Positions 1 through 6,834 of a DNA stretch of 40,884 nucleotides are shown in pieces. A program made the position numbers and the translations under genes. This DNA is from a virus: IMG/VR virus record IMGVR_UViG_3300045988_051648, positions 1 to 40,884 of that record; one strand, 5' to 3'. Numbering within the stretch: position 1 is the first letter of the stretch; every line of letters starts with the position of its first letter. The notes under the pieces were generated by a model that saw nothing but the letters and a program-made list of their open reading frames with translations, did not search any database and had not been told where the DNA came from.

Positions 1-23
1 GGGTTCGAGTCCCGCTGGAGGCA
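1..23 (+). tRNA. 3' end of the host target tRNA gene (T-loop, 3' T-stem, 3' acceptor strand, discriminator A); the gene body lies left of the window
   Basis: GGGTTCGAGTCCC T-arm consensus is followed by GC + TGGAGGC + A. No CCA is encoded. tRNA identity cannot be read from this fragment. Confidence 0.7.
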
Positions 24-41
24 CTTTTGGAAACCGCCAGA
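1..41. repeat. attL core (direct repeat copy 1)
   Basis: Identical to 40844-40884 at 41/41 positions. The repeat may extend beyond the right window edge. Confidence 0.9.
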
Positions 42-62
42 AATGGCGGTTTTCCTTTATTT
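29..62 (+). terminator. Intrinsic terminator downstream of the tRNA
   Basis: AAACCGCCA-GAAA-TGGCGGTTT hairpin (31-39/44-52) followed by a T-rich run. The 5' arm is inside the att core. Confidence 0.6.
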
Positions 63-130
63 TCCAACGGTTTTCAAGCTTTCCTATTTCACTCTAATTC
101 ACTCCAAATCACGTCATTTCTCTATAAAAC

Positions 131-149
131 GTGGGCAAAATGTGGGCAC
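131..149. promoter_or_regulatory. Putative integrase arm-type binding site (attL side)
   Basis: GTGGGCAAAATGTGGGCAC is repeated exactly at 40764-40782. Each copy holds two GTGGGCA half-sites 11 bp apart. Confidence 0.5.
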
Positions 150-153
150 GGAA

Positions 154-636
154 TCAAAGGTACATGTGCTGTCGCACGTATGCTTCGACCTCAGCGTTTT
201 CCTCTGGAGTGCCGATGGTCAGAAGCCAGACGGCATTGTTCTTGCGCTGCACGTTGCCCTTGCGAAGGCATTTGATGAGTCCTGCGGCTTCGAGCTTCTT
301 GGCGATTTTGCCGATGCGGTTGTAGGCCAGCTGCTCGCGCTTCGGATTGCGCGGTTCATTGCCGATCGCCACGAGCTCATCCATTGACTGTGGGAGCGTC
401 ATGCCCCAATCGATGGCGATTTTGAGCCAGCCGGAAGCGTAGGTGCGCGGCATCATGTGCTTCTCCTTTGCTGCCTTGTCCAGCGGCCAGTCAGCGGTGA
501 GCCATGCCATGCGGCTGAGCAGGGCGTATTGCGCGAAGTCGAAGCTGCGTGCGCCCTTGTGGGTGACGGTGAGTTTCCCTTGGCTTGCGAGTTCTTCGAC
601 TGCCAGCATGTTGCGGTATCCCATTTCACGGTCCAT
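154..636 (-). CDS. Hypothetical cargo protein with a C-terminal winged-helix-like segment
   Basis: From ORF 154-654. The start was moved to ATG 636, which has GGAGG 6 nt upstream. The C-terminus NRIGKIAKKLEAAGLIKCLRKG looks wHTH-like. No family recognised. Confidence 0.55.
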   Translation of the reverse strand: MDREMGYRNMLAVEELASQGKLTVTHKGARSFDFAQYALLSRMAWLTADWPLDKAAKEKHMMPRTYASGWLKIAIDWGMTLPQSMDELVAIGNEPRNPKREQLAYNRIGKIAKKLEAAGLIKCLRKGNVQRKNNAVWLLTIGTPEENAEVEAYVRQHMYL

Positions 637-700
637 TTCCGACCTCCAAGCCATGCGTTACAATGGTTTTGGAAGTCTTTGAGTGAGGCTTCATGTTTTA

Positions 701-736
701 CCTCCGCGGTGCCGTTAACACTGCGGAGGTTTTTTG
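701..736 (+). terminator. Orphan terminator-like hairpin plus T6 on the + strand
   Basis: CCTCCGCGG-N11-CTGCGGAGG then TTTTTTG. No + strand ORF lies upstream. It may instead be leader structure of the - strand gene. Confidence 0.35.
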
Positions 737-752
737 TTCTGAAACACATTAT

Positions 753-841
753 ATACTAACTTGCAAACATGTGTGTATGGCGTGTTGTAAACAAGGGCGC
801 ATATTAACCTTGCAAGCGGAAAATACTAACTTGCAAACATG
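753..841. repeat. Operator/promoter-like direct repeats upstream of the exonuclease gene
   Basis: ATACTAACTTGCAAACATG occurs at 753-771 and 823-841 (identical). A degenerate copy ATATTAACCTTGCAAGCGG is at 801-819. The TTGCAA core resembles a -35 element. Confidence 0.6.
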
Positions 842-875
842 AAATATGCATATATACATATGTAACATTATTTTC

Positions 876-915
876 ATTCTTTCATACAGCGACAATGCGC
901 TGAAAATGAAAGAAT
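876..915 (+). promoter_or_regulatory. Interrupted 15-bp inverted repeat in the exonuclease gene leader
   Basis: ATTCTTTCAT-A-CAGCG-ACAATG-CGCTG-AAA-ATGAAAGAAT. No T-run follows it. Confidence 0.5.
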
Positions 916-971
916 CGGCACGTCCAATCCCCATCTGCGGTAGCTTGAAGCAAGGAGAAAGAAGGGGAAAA

Positions 972-1757
972 ATGAAGAAGCTGATTTATCTCATTGCGTC
1001 AATACTCTTCGCGCTGACAAGCGTCTATGGCGTCTATGACATCTTCGTGACGAAGCAGGATGATCTGGTGGCGAGTATTATGGCGGTCCTGTTTGCGGCC
1101 TTCCTTGCATGGCTTTTCATGCATCTCTTCCTCAAGCCGGAGCCGCGCCATAAGCATCAAGCGACGAATGCGCCTGAATCATCGTCGGAAGCCGCCTCAG
1201 ACGCTCCAACAGCGGAAACGGCACCAATCACCCACGTCAACGCGAATAGTGGCGTGGAGGACGATTACGTGGCTGTGGATATTGAGACCACCGGCCTAGG
1301 TCGTGACGCTCGAATCATCGAGCTGGGAGCCGTGAGAATCAGGCACGGACGCAAGGTCGCGACATACAGCCAGCTCGTCAACCCGCAGATTCCGATCCCA
1401 GCCAAGGTCACGCAGATCACCGGCATCACCGACCGGGACGTCAAAGGCAAACCCACCATCGACAAAGCGCTACCCAAGTTCTACGCTTTCTGTGGGCGTG
1501 ACACTTGGATAGGCCACAATATCCGACGCTTCGACATTCCGGTGATCGCTAGGGAGGCGCAGAGGGTCGGCGCCGGAATGCCGGACGTGAGCTTCTACGA
1601 CACGATGGAATTATCCCAGGCATTGCTGCCGCAGCTTGACCACCATAGACTGCTCGACCTCATCCGCTATTTCGGCATCGCCAAGACGGAGCGTCATAGA
1701 GCCGCCGACGATGCCGCACAGACGGCACAGGTATTCGAGCGCCTGAAGCAGATATAA
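972..1757 (+). CDS. Membrane-anchored DEDDh (DnaQ/epsilon-like) 3'-5' exonuclease
   Basis: From ORF 846-1757. The start was set at ATG 972 behind AAGGAGAAAGAAGGGG. There are two N-terminal hydrophobic helices, then a linker. The exonuclease motifs DIETTG, GHNIRRFD and HRAADDA are all present. Confidence 0.8.
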   Translation: MKKLIYLIASILFALTSVYGVYDIFVTKQDDLVASIMAVLFAAFLAWLFMHLFLKPEPRHKHQATNAPESSSEAASDAPTAETAPITHVNANSGVEDDYVAVDIETTGLGRDARIIELGAVRIRHGRKVATYSQLVNPQIPIPAKVTQITGITDRDVKGKPTIDKALPKFYAFCGRDTWIGHNIRRFDIPVIAREAQRVGAGMPDVSFYDTMELSQALLPQLDHHRLLDLIRYFGIAKTERHRAADDAAQTAQVFERLKQI

Positions 1758-1787
1758 GTCTTATAAAGACTTATAAGACAACATAAA

Positions 1788-1808
1788 AGCCCCACGAATT
1801 GTGGGGCT
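1788..1808. terminator. Bidirectional intrinsic terminator between convergent genes
   Basis: AGCCCCAC-GAATT-GTGGGGCT, flanked by AAAA upstream and TAATGCTTTT downstream. Confidence 0.7.
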
Positions 1809-1816
1809 TAATGCTT

Positions 1817-2107
1817 TTAGAGGCTGTTCACGGCATTGTAGAATTCCTGCGCGTCCTCGGCTTTTTTGAATTTCAGTGGCAGTGAGCGCAGCGTACTGTA
1901 TTTCCATGTGACCGTGCGCTTCTTCAACACCACGCCCTGCAGGTCGCTTACCTGGTATGCTTCGGTCTTCTTGTACCGGTGCAGGTACGTCGTGCAGACA
2001 TCCAATTCCAGGCGATTGGCATACAGGCGGATACCCATAAACAGCGGATCGTCAAGCCTTTCGCACTCGTAGATCGCGTCCGGTGCTGGCTGTGGTCTCT
2101 TCGCCAT
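1817..2107 (-). CDS. Hypothetical 96-aa protein, third gene of the lysogeny operon
   Basis: AAGGAG lies 6 nt upstream of the ATG. The gene starts 36 nt downstream of the ImmA stop. No TM segment and no recognised motif. Confidence 0.7.
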   Translation of the reverse strand: MAKRPQPAPDAIYECERLDDPLFMGIRLYANRLELDVCTTYLHRYKKTEAYQVSDLQGVVLKKRTVTWKYSTLRSLPLKFKKAEDAQEFYNAVNSL

Positions 2108-2142
2108 GATTGTTCTCCTTCGCTTTCCATTGATTCTATGCT

Positions 2143-2595
2143 TCAGATGATGCAGACTCGCTCAGACATTGCCAGTCGGAAGTCTCCGAGCACTTGCTGG
2201 GTCACCTCCAGTTCCTGGGAGATGTTCCACGAATTCCCTTCGTACATTTGTTCCAGCATGCCGTAGCGGAGTGGGTCTATCAGCGTCAAGGCAGTTTCGC
2301 GTCTTGCCCTATGTTCCTCGCGACTCTGTGCCATACGGTCACATGACGTGCCGCCGTGCCGCCAATGCAAGAGCTCGTGAACGAGCGTGCACCGTTTCGC
2401 CGCGTAAGTGAGCCTGCGGTCAATCAAGATGACATGATTCTCGTTGTCGTAGCAGCCCCATAGTCCGTCCGGCAGGATGGCGCTGGACACGGTGACCGGC
2501 AGGCCGATGATGGCGCGGCGCATGGCACCGTAGGTCATGCGCCGGTCGATCGGCAGGTCAGGCAGGCTCGTCGTAATCCGGCCCAGCCTCTCCAT
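2143..2595 (-). CDS. ImmA/IrrE-family zinc metallopeptidase (anti-repressor protease)
   Basis: HEXXH motif LVHELLHWRHG. The start was set at ATG 2595 with AGGAGG 6 nt upstream. It overlaps the repressor 3' end. Confidence 0.8.
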   Translation of the reverse strand: MERLGRITTSLPDLPIDRRMTYGAMRRAIIGLPVTVSSAILPDGLWGCYDNENHVILIDRRLTYAAKRCTLVHELLHWRHGGTSCDRMAQSREEHRARRETALTLIDPLRYGMLEQMYEGNSWNISQELEVTQQVLGDFRLAMSERVCII

Positions 2596-2914
2596 TGATG
2601 GCCTCCTGCTTGCCGTCAGCGTTATAGGCGGCAAGACCATAACCGCCTGCCTGCGCTTTCCTCTCGGCGGCTTCGACAGCATGGCGTTTGGAGTCCATCA
2701 CGATGTCTCCGATGGGTACGCCGGTCACTTCGCTGATGCGTTCCAGGTCACTCAGGTTGAGCGGGCGCGTGAAGTTCTGCCGTTTGTACCAGTAGTCCTC
2801 GCCGAAGCCGCAGGCCTTGGTGAATTCCTTGATGGTCATGCCGCTTTGCTTTTGGAGTCTGACGCACTCTCGCATGACCTGTTTTGCGAATGTGGTCACT
2901 TCGTTTGCTTTCAT
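2558..2914 (-). CDS. XRE-family HTH repressor (CI-like)
   Basis: HTH segment MTIKEFTKACGFGEDYWYKRQN. The start was set at ATG 2914 with GGAGG 7 nt upstream. It is divergent from the Cro-like gene. Confidence 0.8.
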   Translation of the reverse strand: MKANEVTTFAKQVMRECVRLQKQSGMTIKEFTKACGFGEDYWYKRQNFTRPLNLSDLERISEVTGVPIGDIVMDSKRHAVEAAERKAQAGGYGLAAYNADGKQEAINGEAGPDYDEPA

Positions 2915-2951
2915 ACCCATGCCTCCAGTATAGCCAATTACGTAGTCATTG

Positions 2952-3008
2952 TGTGCAAATTGTAAAGAACTATGCAAATTCATAGTATAAATCTACGAAT
3001 TTGCATAG
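2952..3008. promoter_or_regulatory. Immunity-region operators (three TGCAAATT-core sites)
   Basis: TGCAAATT occurs at 2954-2961 and 2973-2980, and inverted as AATTTGCA at 2998-3005. CTATGCAAATTC (2970-2981) and GAATTTGCATAG (2997-3008) form a 12-bp inverted repeat. A candidate rightward promoter is TTGTAA(2960)-17-TAGTAT(2983). Confidence 0.6.
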
Positions 3009-3035
3009 ATTAAAAACGTCGAAAGGAAAAACGAG

Positions 3036-3164
3036 ATGTTGAGCACCAAAAAGACCAAGACCCCCGACCACTACCCGTGCGGCCACATGCGCGGCCCCGG
3101 CTGGCACGACTGGAGAGCCTGCCTCACCAAGCAGGGAGTCGAGGAGGATGAATGGCCGGTCTGA
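3036..3164 (+). CDS. Possible 42-aa leader ORF of the early operon
   Basis: ATG lies behind AAAGGAAAAACGAG. The ORF overlaps the Cro-like start by 13 nt. It is too short for the ORF track and has no motif. Confidence 0.3.
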   Translation: MLSTKKTKTPDHYPCGHMRGPGWHDWRACLTKQGVEEDEWPV

Positions 3165-3400
3165 CGGAAACAGCCAGCAGAAACCTCAAAGCCGAACTCG
3201 CCAGACGCAGTAAGACGCGCGCCGACCTTGCAAACGCTTGGGGATGCACCCTCAAGACCGTCGACCAACGGCTCAACGGAAGCATCTCGATGACCATCAA
3301 GGAAATCGAAGAAGTCGCACCGGTCTTCGGCATGGATTCCATACAGCTGCTCATGCTCCTCATCCAGCCGATTGACAGCATCAAACAATTCAAAGCCTAA
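3152..3400 (+). CDS. Cro-like XRE-family HTH regulator
   Basis: GAGGAGGA lies upstream of the ATG. HTH segment KTRADLANAWGCTLKTVDQRLNG. First substantial rightward gene of the immunity region. Confidence 0.75.
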   Translation: MAGLTETASRNLKAELARRSKTRADLANAWGCTLKTVDQRLNGSISMTIKEIEEVAPVFGMDSIQLLMLLIQPIDSIKQFKA

Positions 3401-3411
3401 GGAAACCGAAC

Positions 3412-3639
3412 ATGAGCCAGTTGCTTAACCCGCCGGCACCACCGGAATCGAGGAAAACCATGAAACCAAGAATCGAACTCATCGGCACCACAGGCTACGC
3501 CATCCGCATCCAGGAAGACAAGAGCGGCCAACTCATCGAACTCCACGCGGACGGCGAGGAAGTCCTTGCGGACATCCCCGAAAGCACCCTCGACAACTTC
3601 GCCTACAGCCTCAACGACGCCCTAGGGAACATGCGATGA
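3412..3639 (+). CDS. Hypothetical early protein
   Basis: Same strand as its neighbours, with ATGA overlap to the next gene. Confidence 0.6.
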   Translation: MSQLLNPPAPPESRKTMKPRIELIGTTGYAIRIQEDKSGQLIELHADGEEVLADIPESTLDNFAYSLNDALGNMR

Positions 3640-3830
3640 GCCAATCATTCGAACTGCGAATCATCGAGGACGGCACGCACAGCAGCGACCACAGCTGCCT
3701 CATCGGACTCAGATTCGACATGGCAGACGGATACCAGGAACACATGCTCAACAAAACCGACCTCATGAACCTCCGCCGCGAAATCGGACGAACACTCAAG
3801 GAACTCAACCAGAAGAAGGACAAGAAATGA
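3636..3830 (+). CDS. Hypothetical early protein
   Basis: ATGA start/stop overlaps on both sides. Confidence 0.6.
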   Translation: MSQSFELRIIEDGTHSSDHSCLIGLRFDMADGYQEHMLNKTDLMNLRREIGRTLKELNQKKDKK

Positions 3831-4189
3831 ACATCTTCCAACAGCGAGAAAAAATCATCGAAGACCTCATCACGGCATGCAAGGACTACGACGAAGAGAA
3901 AACCAACCACCTGCTCAACCAACTCATGGAACTCGACAAGTCAGCCGAACAGAAGCCACTGCCTGAAGAACCGAAGGAGCGGGGCTTCTATACCACCGCG
4001 AATGATGGTCGGCTCCTGCTTAAGGACATCGATGATAACTGGTCGGCGCGCACATGGGATGACTGCTCGGCTAATCACATGTGGAATGGCAATAGACAGT
4101 ATGCGAAGTGGCCGACTGTCTGCGAAACGCTCCCGCCTGAAGCCTTCCCGTTAAAGCGAGTGAACACGGGAGACGGTAACGATGACTGA
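3827..4189 (+). CDS. Hypothetical early protein
   Basis: ATGA overlap with the upstream gene. Confidence 0.6.
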   Translation: MNIFQQREKIIEDLITACKDYDEEKTNHLLNQLMELDKSAEQKPLPEEPKERGFYTTANDGRLLLKDIDDNWSARTWDDCSANHMWNGNRQYAKWPTVCETLPPEAFPLKRVNTGDGNDD

Positions 4190-4412
4190 CCATGATTACT
4201 GGCTTGAAGACATGCAAGCAATGAAGAAGCGGCAGAAGCCGAACTACCCGCTCCGACGCGTCAAATTCGCCCTCGCGGTGGTCGCCCTCATCGTCACATC
4301 CACACTCATGCTCACCTGGCATGACGGTGACACCACCGCCGCGCTCATGGTGGAAGGCGTGTACATCGCCACCGCATTGTGGCTGATCGTCAGATTCGCG
4401 CCACGCGACTAA
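4182..4412 (+). CDS. Small membrane protein (two hydrophobic segments)
   Basis: 8-nt overlap with the upstream gene. Hydrophobic segments FALAVVALIVTSTLMLTW and VYIATALWLIVRF. Confidence 0.6.
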   Translation: MTDHDYWLEDMQAMKKRQKPNYPLRRVKFALAVVALIVTSTLMLTWHDGDTTAALMVEGVYIATALWLIVRFAPRD

Positions 4413-4419
4413 AAGACTT

Positions 4420-4498
4420 CCCACCAGCGACGTCCATGAAACAAAACAACAAAACGGGACGTTCCATGGACATCCACGTTCAAGCCGTCGCTGGCGGG
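4420..4498 (+). other. Long imperfect hairpin immediately after the early operon
   Basis: CCCACCAGCGACG (4420-4432) pairs with CGTCGCTGGCGGG (4486-4498) with one G-T pair. The interior is A-rich and carries GACGT(T)CCATG direct repeats. Confidence 0.5.
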
Positions 4499-4614
4499 CC
4501 ATAACTGAATATCGATTATTATCCACGCGCCGATGAAACCGCGCATACACTCTTCGGCGCATTCGGCTGGGCGACGGTTCGCCCGTCCACGGATTCCATC
4601 TTCTTCTCTCTCTA

Positions 4615-4643
4615 TCAAAAAACGCAGGCACTCCGGTGTTTGC
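4615..4643 (-). terminator. Intrinsic-terminator-like hairpin oriented on the - strand inside the ORF-poor spacer
   Basis: The - strand reads GCAAACAC-CGGA-GTGCCTGC then GTTTTTTGATAG. Confidence 0.45.
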
Positions 4644-4844
4644 AACCCTTTCAAATCCGCCTGACGGCCAGTCACCGTCGGCCACGCCACCGATCGCGAA
4701 CACGTTCAGGTCGTTGTTCCAACGGTCAAAGGGGCGCTCGGGAATCCACGGACGGCATCGGTCCGACTCCGATGCCAGCCACTCAGCCCCATCCACTCGT
4801 CAGGGTGGGGCCTACAACGCCAAACAAGCAAAGGAATAAAGCCT

Positions 4845-5624
4845 ATGAGCAATGAAATCCAGCGATTCGAGTTCAAGGGCGCATCATTACGCGCCCTGAC
4901 CGACGAAGCGGGGGAGCCTTGGTTCGTCGCCAAGGACGCATGTGACATCCTCGGCAATGACACAAATCATCTCCGCGAGGCTCTTGATGATGACGAAATC
5001 ACAAACCTCCGTAATTCGGAGGTTTGGAATCAGCCAGGGCGTGCGCCTCTCATCATCTCTGAGCCCGGCCTGTACAAGCTCATCATGCGTTCGCGGAAGC
5101 CGGAGGCGAAGGAGTTCCAACGTTGGGTGACACATGAGGTGCTTCCGCAGATCCGCAGGACAGGCGGCTATATTCCCACCACGGACGCGGATGATGACAT
5201 AACCATCCTGGCGAAGGCCGTGATGATCGGCCAACGCACCATGGAGGAGCAGAAGCGTCGCATTGCCGAGCAGCAGTCGCGCATCGTTGAACTCGAACCG
5301 AAAGCCCTGTTCGCCGACGCGGTGGCCGCGTCCGACGGCACGTGCCTGGTGGGCGAATTGGCGAAGATGCTGCGCCAGAATGGTCTGAACATCGGCCAGA
5401 ATCGGCTTTTTCAGCTTCTTCGCGATGATGGGTTCTTCGGCAAGTCCGGCTCGAACCGCAACGTGCCGACCCAGAAGGCGATGGACCTCGGCCTGTTCCG
5501 CATCAAGGAGACGGCGGTGACACATTCGGACGGCCACGTGACCATCAGCCGCACACCAAAGGTCACAGGCAAGGGACAGCGCTATTTCATCGCCCGCTAC
5601 TGCCCGAAGAAGCCGAATGACTGA
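4845..5624 (+). CDS. Phage antirepressor (Bro-N domain plus KilA-C/ANT domain)
   Basis: N-terminus FEFKGASLRALTDEAGEPWFVAKDACDILG...EFQRWVTHEVLPQIRRTGGY is a typical Bro-N sequence. Confidence 0.8.
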   Translation: MSNEIQRFEFKGASLRALTDEAGEPWFVAKDACDILGNDTNHLREALDDDEITNLRNSEVWNQPGRAPLIISEPGLYKLIMRSRKPEAKEFQRWVTHEVLPQIRRTGGYIPTTDADDDITILAKAVMIGQRTMEEQKRRIAEQQSRIVELEPKALFADAVAASDGTCLVGELAKMLRQNGLNIGQNRLFQLLRDDGFFGKSGSNRNVPTQKAMDLGLFRIKETAVTHSDGHVTISRTPKVTGKGQRYFIARYCPKKPND

Positions 5625-5835
5625 CCTGCTTCGGCCGGAGGAGTTCGCGGCCATGATCGGCTTGAGTCCACGAACCCTCGCCAACTGGCGGAGCAATGGC
5701 AGGGGGCCGAAGTATCTGAAGCTTGGCCCTGAACCACCAGCTGGCAAGCAGGACAGGCGCCCGGTGCTTTACGAGCGTGACGTGGCCGAGCGTTGGGCTA
5801 CAGCACACCAGTACACGAGGACGGTGGCGAGATGA
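5617..5835 (+). CDS. Excisionase/MerR-like HTH DNA-binding protein
   Basis: LLRPEEFAAMIGLSPRTLANWRSNGRGPKY. 8-nt overlap with the antirepressor gene. Confidence 0.65.
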   Translation: MTDLLRPEEFAAMIGLSPRTLANWRSNGRGPKYLKLGPEPPAGKQDRRPVLYERDVAERWATAHQYTRTVAR

Positions 5836-6011
5836 AAAACGGAATGTTCGTTCCGGCGACACAGTGCAAAAGCCATCCAGACGTCAAAAGCGATGGGAAG
5901 GCACGCGTCGACACCGGCAAGCCGACCCTCACGCAGCGGGGAATCGACGTGGACGCTTTCATCCGCAAAAACAGGCGATTGATCGAAAGACTCAGGAAAG
6001 GAACACAGTGA
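5832..6011 (+). CDS. Hypothetical 59-aa protein
   Basis: ATGA overlap with the upstream stop. Internal start of ORF 5793-6011. Confidence 0.5.
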   Translation: MKNGMFVPATQCKSHPDVKSDGKARVDTGKPTLTQRGIDVDAFIRKNRRLIERLRKGTQ

Positions 6012-6679
6012 AACACGAATACACAGCCGACGAGCTCGCCGAACTGAAAAGCATTTATGCCGAGTCAGGAGAAGCCGGACTCCAGATCGGCGAAATGCGT
6101 GCGTTACGCAAGGCCGGACTCCTCACGCAGGACCTGCCACCAAAGCCGCATGAGGACACGCTGGCCGACTATCAGGCCATCAGCGTTCCCAAGCCGAAGC
6201 CGAAGCCGGAACCGGTGAAATTGGAGTCCACCAACACGAACCGCAATCCGGAAATGCGTCAGGCAGTCTACGACACCATCGCCAGTTTCTGCGATTCGGG
6301 CCACGTGCCGACCATCCAGAAAATCGCGGACGCAATGCACAAGAGCAAAAGCACGGTAGCCAACCACATGCTCGCCCTCGCGAAGGAAGGCCGCATCAGC
6401 AAAGACCCGGAGACAGGCCGCTACCGCATCACCAACCAAACCATCGAACAGAAGGAGCCCATCATGACCACCACAGTCCAGGAACAGCAGGAAGCCAAGC
6501 CGGAAGAGCCGCGCACCATCATCGCAAACGCCTTGGTCGGCATCTTCGACGCCGTATCAGCCTTGCAGCGCACCGCATTCCAAGCCAACGACAAGGTCGT
6601 CTATCAGTTCGCCACGAAACTGCTCACCGGCGAACTCATGGACATTAAAGCCAACTACAGCAAGGACGCGGCGAAATGA
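6008..6679 (+). CDS. Winged-helix (LexA-N/MarR-like) DNA-binding protein
   Basis: GTG 6008 overlaps the upstream TGA (GTGA). wHTH segment IQKIADAMHKSKSTVANHMLALAKEGRI. The upstream part of ORF 5723-6679 overlaps other genes. Confidence 0.6.
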   Translation: MKHEYTADELAELKSIYAESGEAGLQIGEMRALRKAGLLTQDLPPKPHEDTLADYQAISVPKPKPKPEPVKLESTNTNRNPEMRQAVYDTIASFCDSGHVPTIQKIADAMHKSKSTVANHMLALAKEGRISKDPETGRYRITNQTIEQKEPIMTTTVQEQQEAKPEEPRTIIANALVGIFDAVSALQRTAFQANDKVVYQFATKLLTGELMDIKANYSKDAAK

Positions 6680-6834
6680 GACTCAATTTCAACAGCAAGG
6701 ATGGCGTTTTCACCGTCAAACCCGAAAACGAAGAGGAAAAAACCGCGCTCAAAACGTCGGCACCTGCCATCTGCAATCTCATCATCGATTTTTTTAACGG
6801 TGAAGTCCAGGAAATGAAGGTGGCGAAGGAATGA
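6676..6834 (+). CDS. Hypothetical 52-aa protein
   Basis: ATGA overlaps at both ends. Below the ORF-track size cut-off. Confidence 0.5.
   Translation: MRLNFNSKDGVFTVKPENEEEKTALKTSAPAICNLIIDFFNGEVQEMKVAKE

Noticed and set aside
2143-2914. XRE plus HEXXH-peptidase pair as a toxin-antitoxin module.
   Set aside because: The pair is divergent from a Cro-like gene with shared operators, and an antirepressor lies nearby. This context fits an ImmR/ImmA-type lysogeny switch better.
4409-4690. 93-aa - strand ORF in the structured spacer (also + strand ORFs 4636-4839 and 4640-4855).
   Set aside because: There is no SD. The ORF uses rare ATA/AGA/TTA codons or is Arg-rich, and it coincides with the hairpins. 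The region is treated as non-coding, though I cannot exclude a real small gene.
5617-5835. Assigning this HTH protein as the excisionase.
   Set aside because: Two excisionase-family HTH genes exist (5617-5835 and 38998-39198). Sequence alone cannot tell which one, if either, is Xis. The int-proximal one is only the positional favourite.
5723-6007. N-terminal 95 codons of the 318-aa ORF 5723-6679.
   Set aside because: This part overlaps two better-supported genes (5617-5835 and 5832-6011) and is Arg-rich junk. GTG 6008 with a GTGA overlap gives a sensible wHTH protein.
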